DNA from: Amoebophrya sp. A120
Lineage: Eukaryota > Protista > Dinoflagellata
DNA length: 64,000 nucleotides
Direction: 5' to 3'
Assembly (NCBI GenBank): GCA_905178155.1
Contig: CAJINV010000006.1
Location: forward strand, 3,692,169 to 3,756,168
Each line of letters starts with the position of its first letter. The first letter of the stretch is position 1. This document shows, in pieces, positions 62,670 through 64,000 of this stretch. A program made the position numbers and the translations under genes. A model generated the notes under the pieces. That model was not told the origin of the DNA. It made no database searches and worked only from the letters and a program-made list of their open reading frames with translations.

Positions 62670-64000
62670 ATCAAGGCTTTGATACGAGTGCAACGACTAG
62701 ACTACTGACTCTGCTCCCCACTAGAAGTTGTCGTTGTTTCCATCTTCAGCCGTGGTCTCTTCACACCATTTCCTCGCCTCCGCTGGTGGAGAATCCTTGG
62801 TCTTCTTCCGTGTCGCTGGCAACAAGCGCGCTGGGTCCCCGCCTGCCAGCTTATGATAAGGCACAACCCCCCCTCCCCCTCATTCGTATAGCATGAACGG
62901 CAGTAGAAGCTTCAGAAAGAGTGCCGGTTTTGCATGACAAATTTGTCCAGGAGTGCAGTTTGGGCTTCCGGAGTTTGTCATGCAAGCAGTGCCAAGAGGC
63001 AAAGCCTGGATTTGGTATTTTGCATGACAAATGAGGGGGACGAGGGGAAGTTGTCCACTGTCATACAGCAACGTAATTGTTCAGAATGTGGGAGTCGTCG
63101 TAAAACTGCATGATGTTCTATGACGGGAGAAAGTGTTACCGTTAACGGAATCTAGCATGCAGAAATGCATGAGAAACGGCGGCCAAGCGACCAAATTTGT
63201 ATTGCATAGCACGCACGATAGCAAAAATGTGTCATGCATCACTGCGATGCCTCAAGAACAAAACCGCTAGCGTTAACACTTTTTTGCTTGATATGTTCGA
63301 CTTCTTCTGCGCAGGAGTCGCACCCGTTGCATCCCCAGCAGTGGTCCCAGCTTGTCCTACCGATTTCTTGCCCGCCATTGCGTTCGTGGCCCTGCTAGTA
63401 CTAGAGGCAGCAGCCGGCGCAAAACCCTGCAGCACGGCCGCGCTCTCACCACCTCCTGCGCCAGGGGGCGCTGCGTTGGCGGCGGAAGCCCGAAGGGCGA
63501 CGGTCTGCTGCTTGGTGGTGCGGGTGCCGGGCTTATCAAAATGAAAAATCCCCCCTCCCCATATCGAAACGAAGTCTGTGATGCTGGATTTGCGTACACA
63601 AATCAGATTTGTTTTGCTGAAGAAGACTGCAGGCCCGCGCCAAGCCTAAGTAGAGCGGTTTTGGTCTAGGCGCTCAGCATGGGAAACGTCTGCGCTGGAG
63701 GCCTAACAGCATCACAAACCGCCTGCATAATGTATGCGGCGGTTGTCTGTGGAGTTGCCTTTTTGCAAGACAGAGATGATTTGTGACCCCAAAAAATCAG
63801 CATTGCAAATTCTCTGCGACGTACTACTTTTTCGATATGGGGACGTCGGGGGATTTTTCCTCACAATAGGGTTCCTGCACGTTCGACTTGTAGATCGCAG
63901 CCAGTTATCAAATGTAAAAATGTCTGGGGCTGGAAGATATTGAAACTTGTCATGCACGTTTTGCCTGGGCCACGATGTCTGTGATGCATGCCCTAGCATC
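62670..64000 (-). CDS. 3' part of an unidentified low-complexity gene
   Basis: Ala/Pro/Thr-rich exon-like segments between elements at 62852, 63119, 63534 and 63906. Stop position is approximate. Confidence 0.45.

Overview
Eukaryotic, gene-dense DNA that resembles the parasitic syndinian dinoflagellate Amoebophrya (inferred from the alpha-tubulin C-terminus GYGDEF, co-oriented genes, and TAT...ATA introner-type non-canonical introns). All recognisable genes are on the minus strand: bifunctional CoA synthase, two membrane proteins, an Aurora-like kinase, alpha-tubulin, two putative secreted proteins, the PP2A scaffold A subunit, an EF-hand protein and a partial gene. By manual count, roughly 80 short (about 110-370 bp) elements from at least 11 TIR families interrupt them. 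Nearly all start TAT, end ATA and have a 5-bp target duplication. They share an internal GCAT(G/C/T)ACAAA motif, and removing element plus 5 nt restored the frame wherever I checked, usually without GT-AG. An LTR retrotransposon is nested in one element, and an APE-RT LINE carries a zinc-finger insertion. The most unusual structures are two independent loci (18.9-22.5 kb and 54.3-55.5 kb). At each, a 41-43 bp stretch of host sequence is repeated 3-4 times and the copies are separated by 0.5-1.4 kb captured fragments. All analysis was by eye, and assembly artefacts cannot be excluded.
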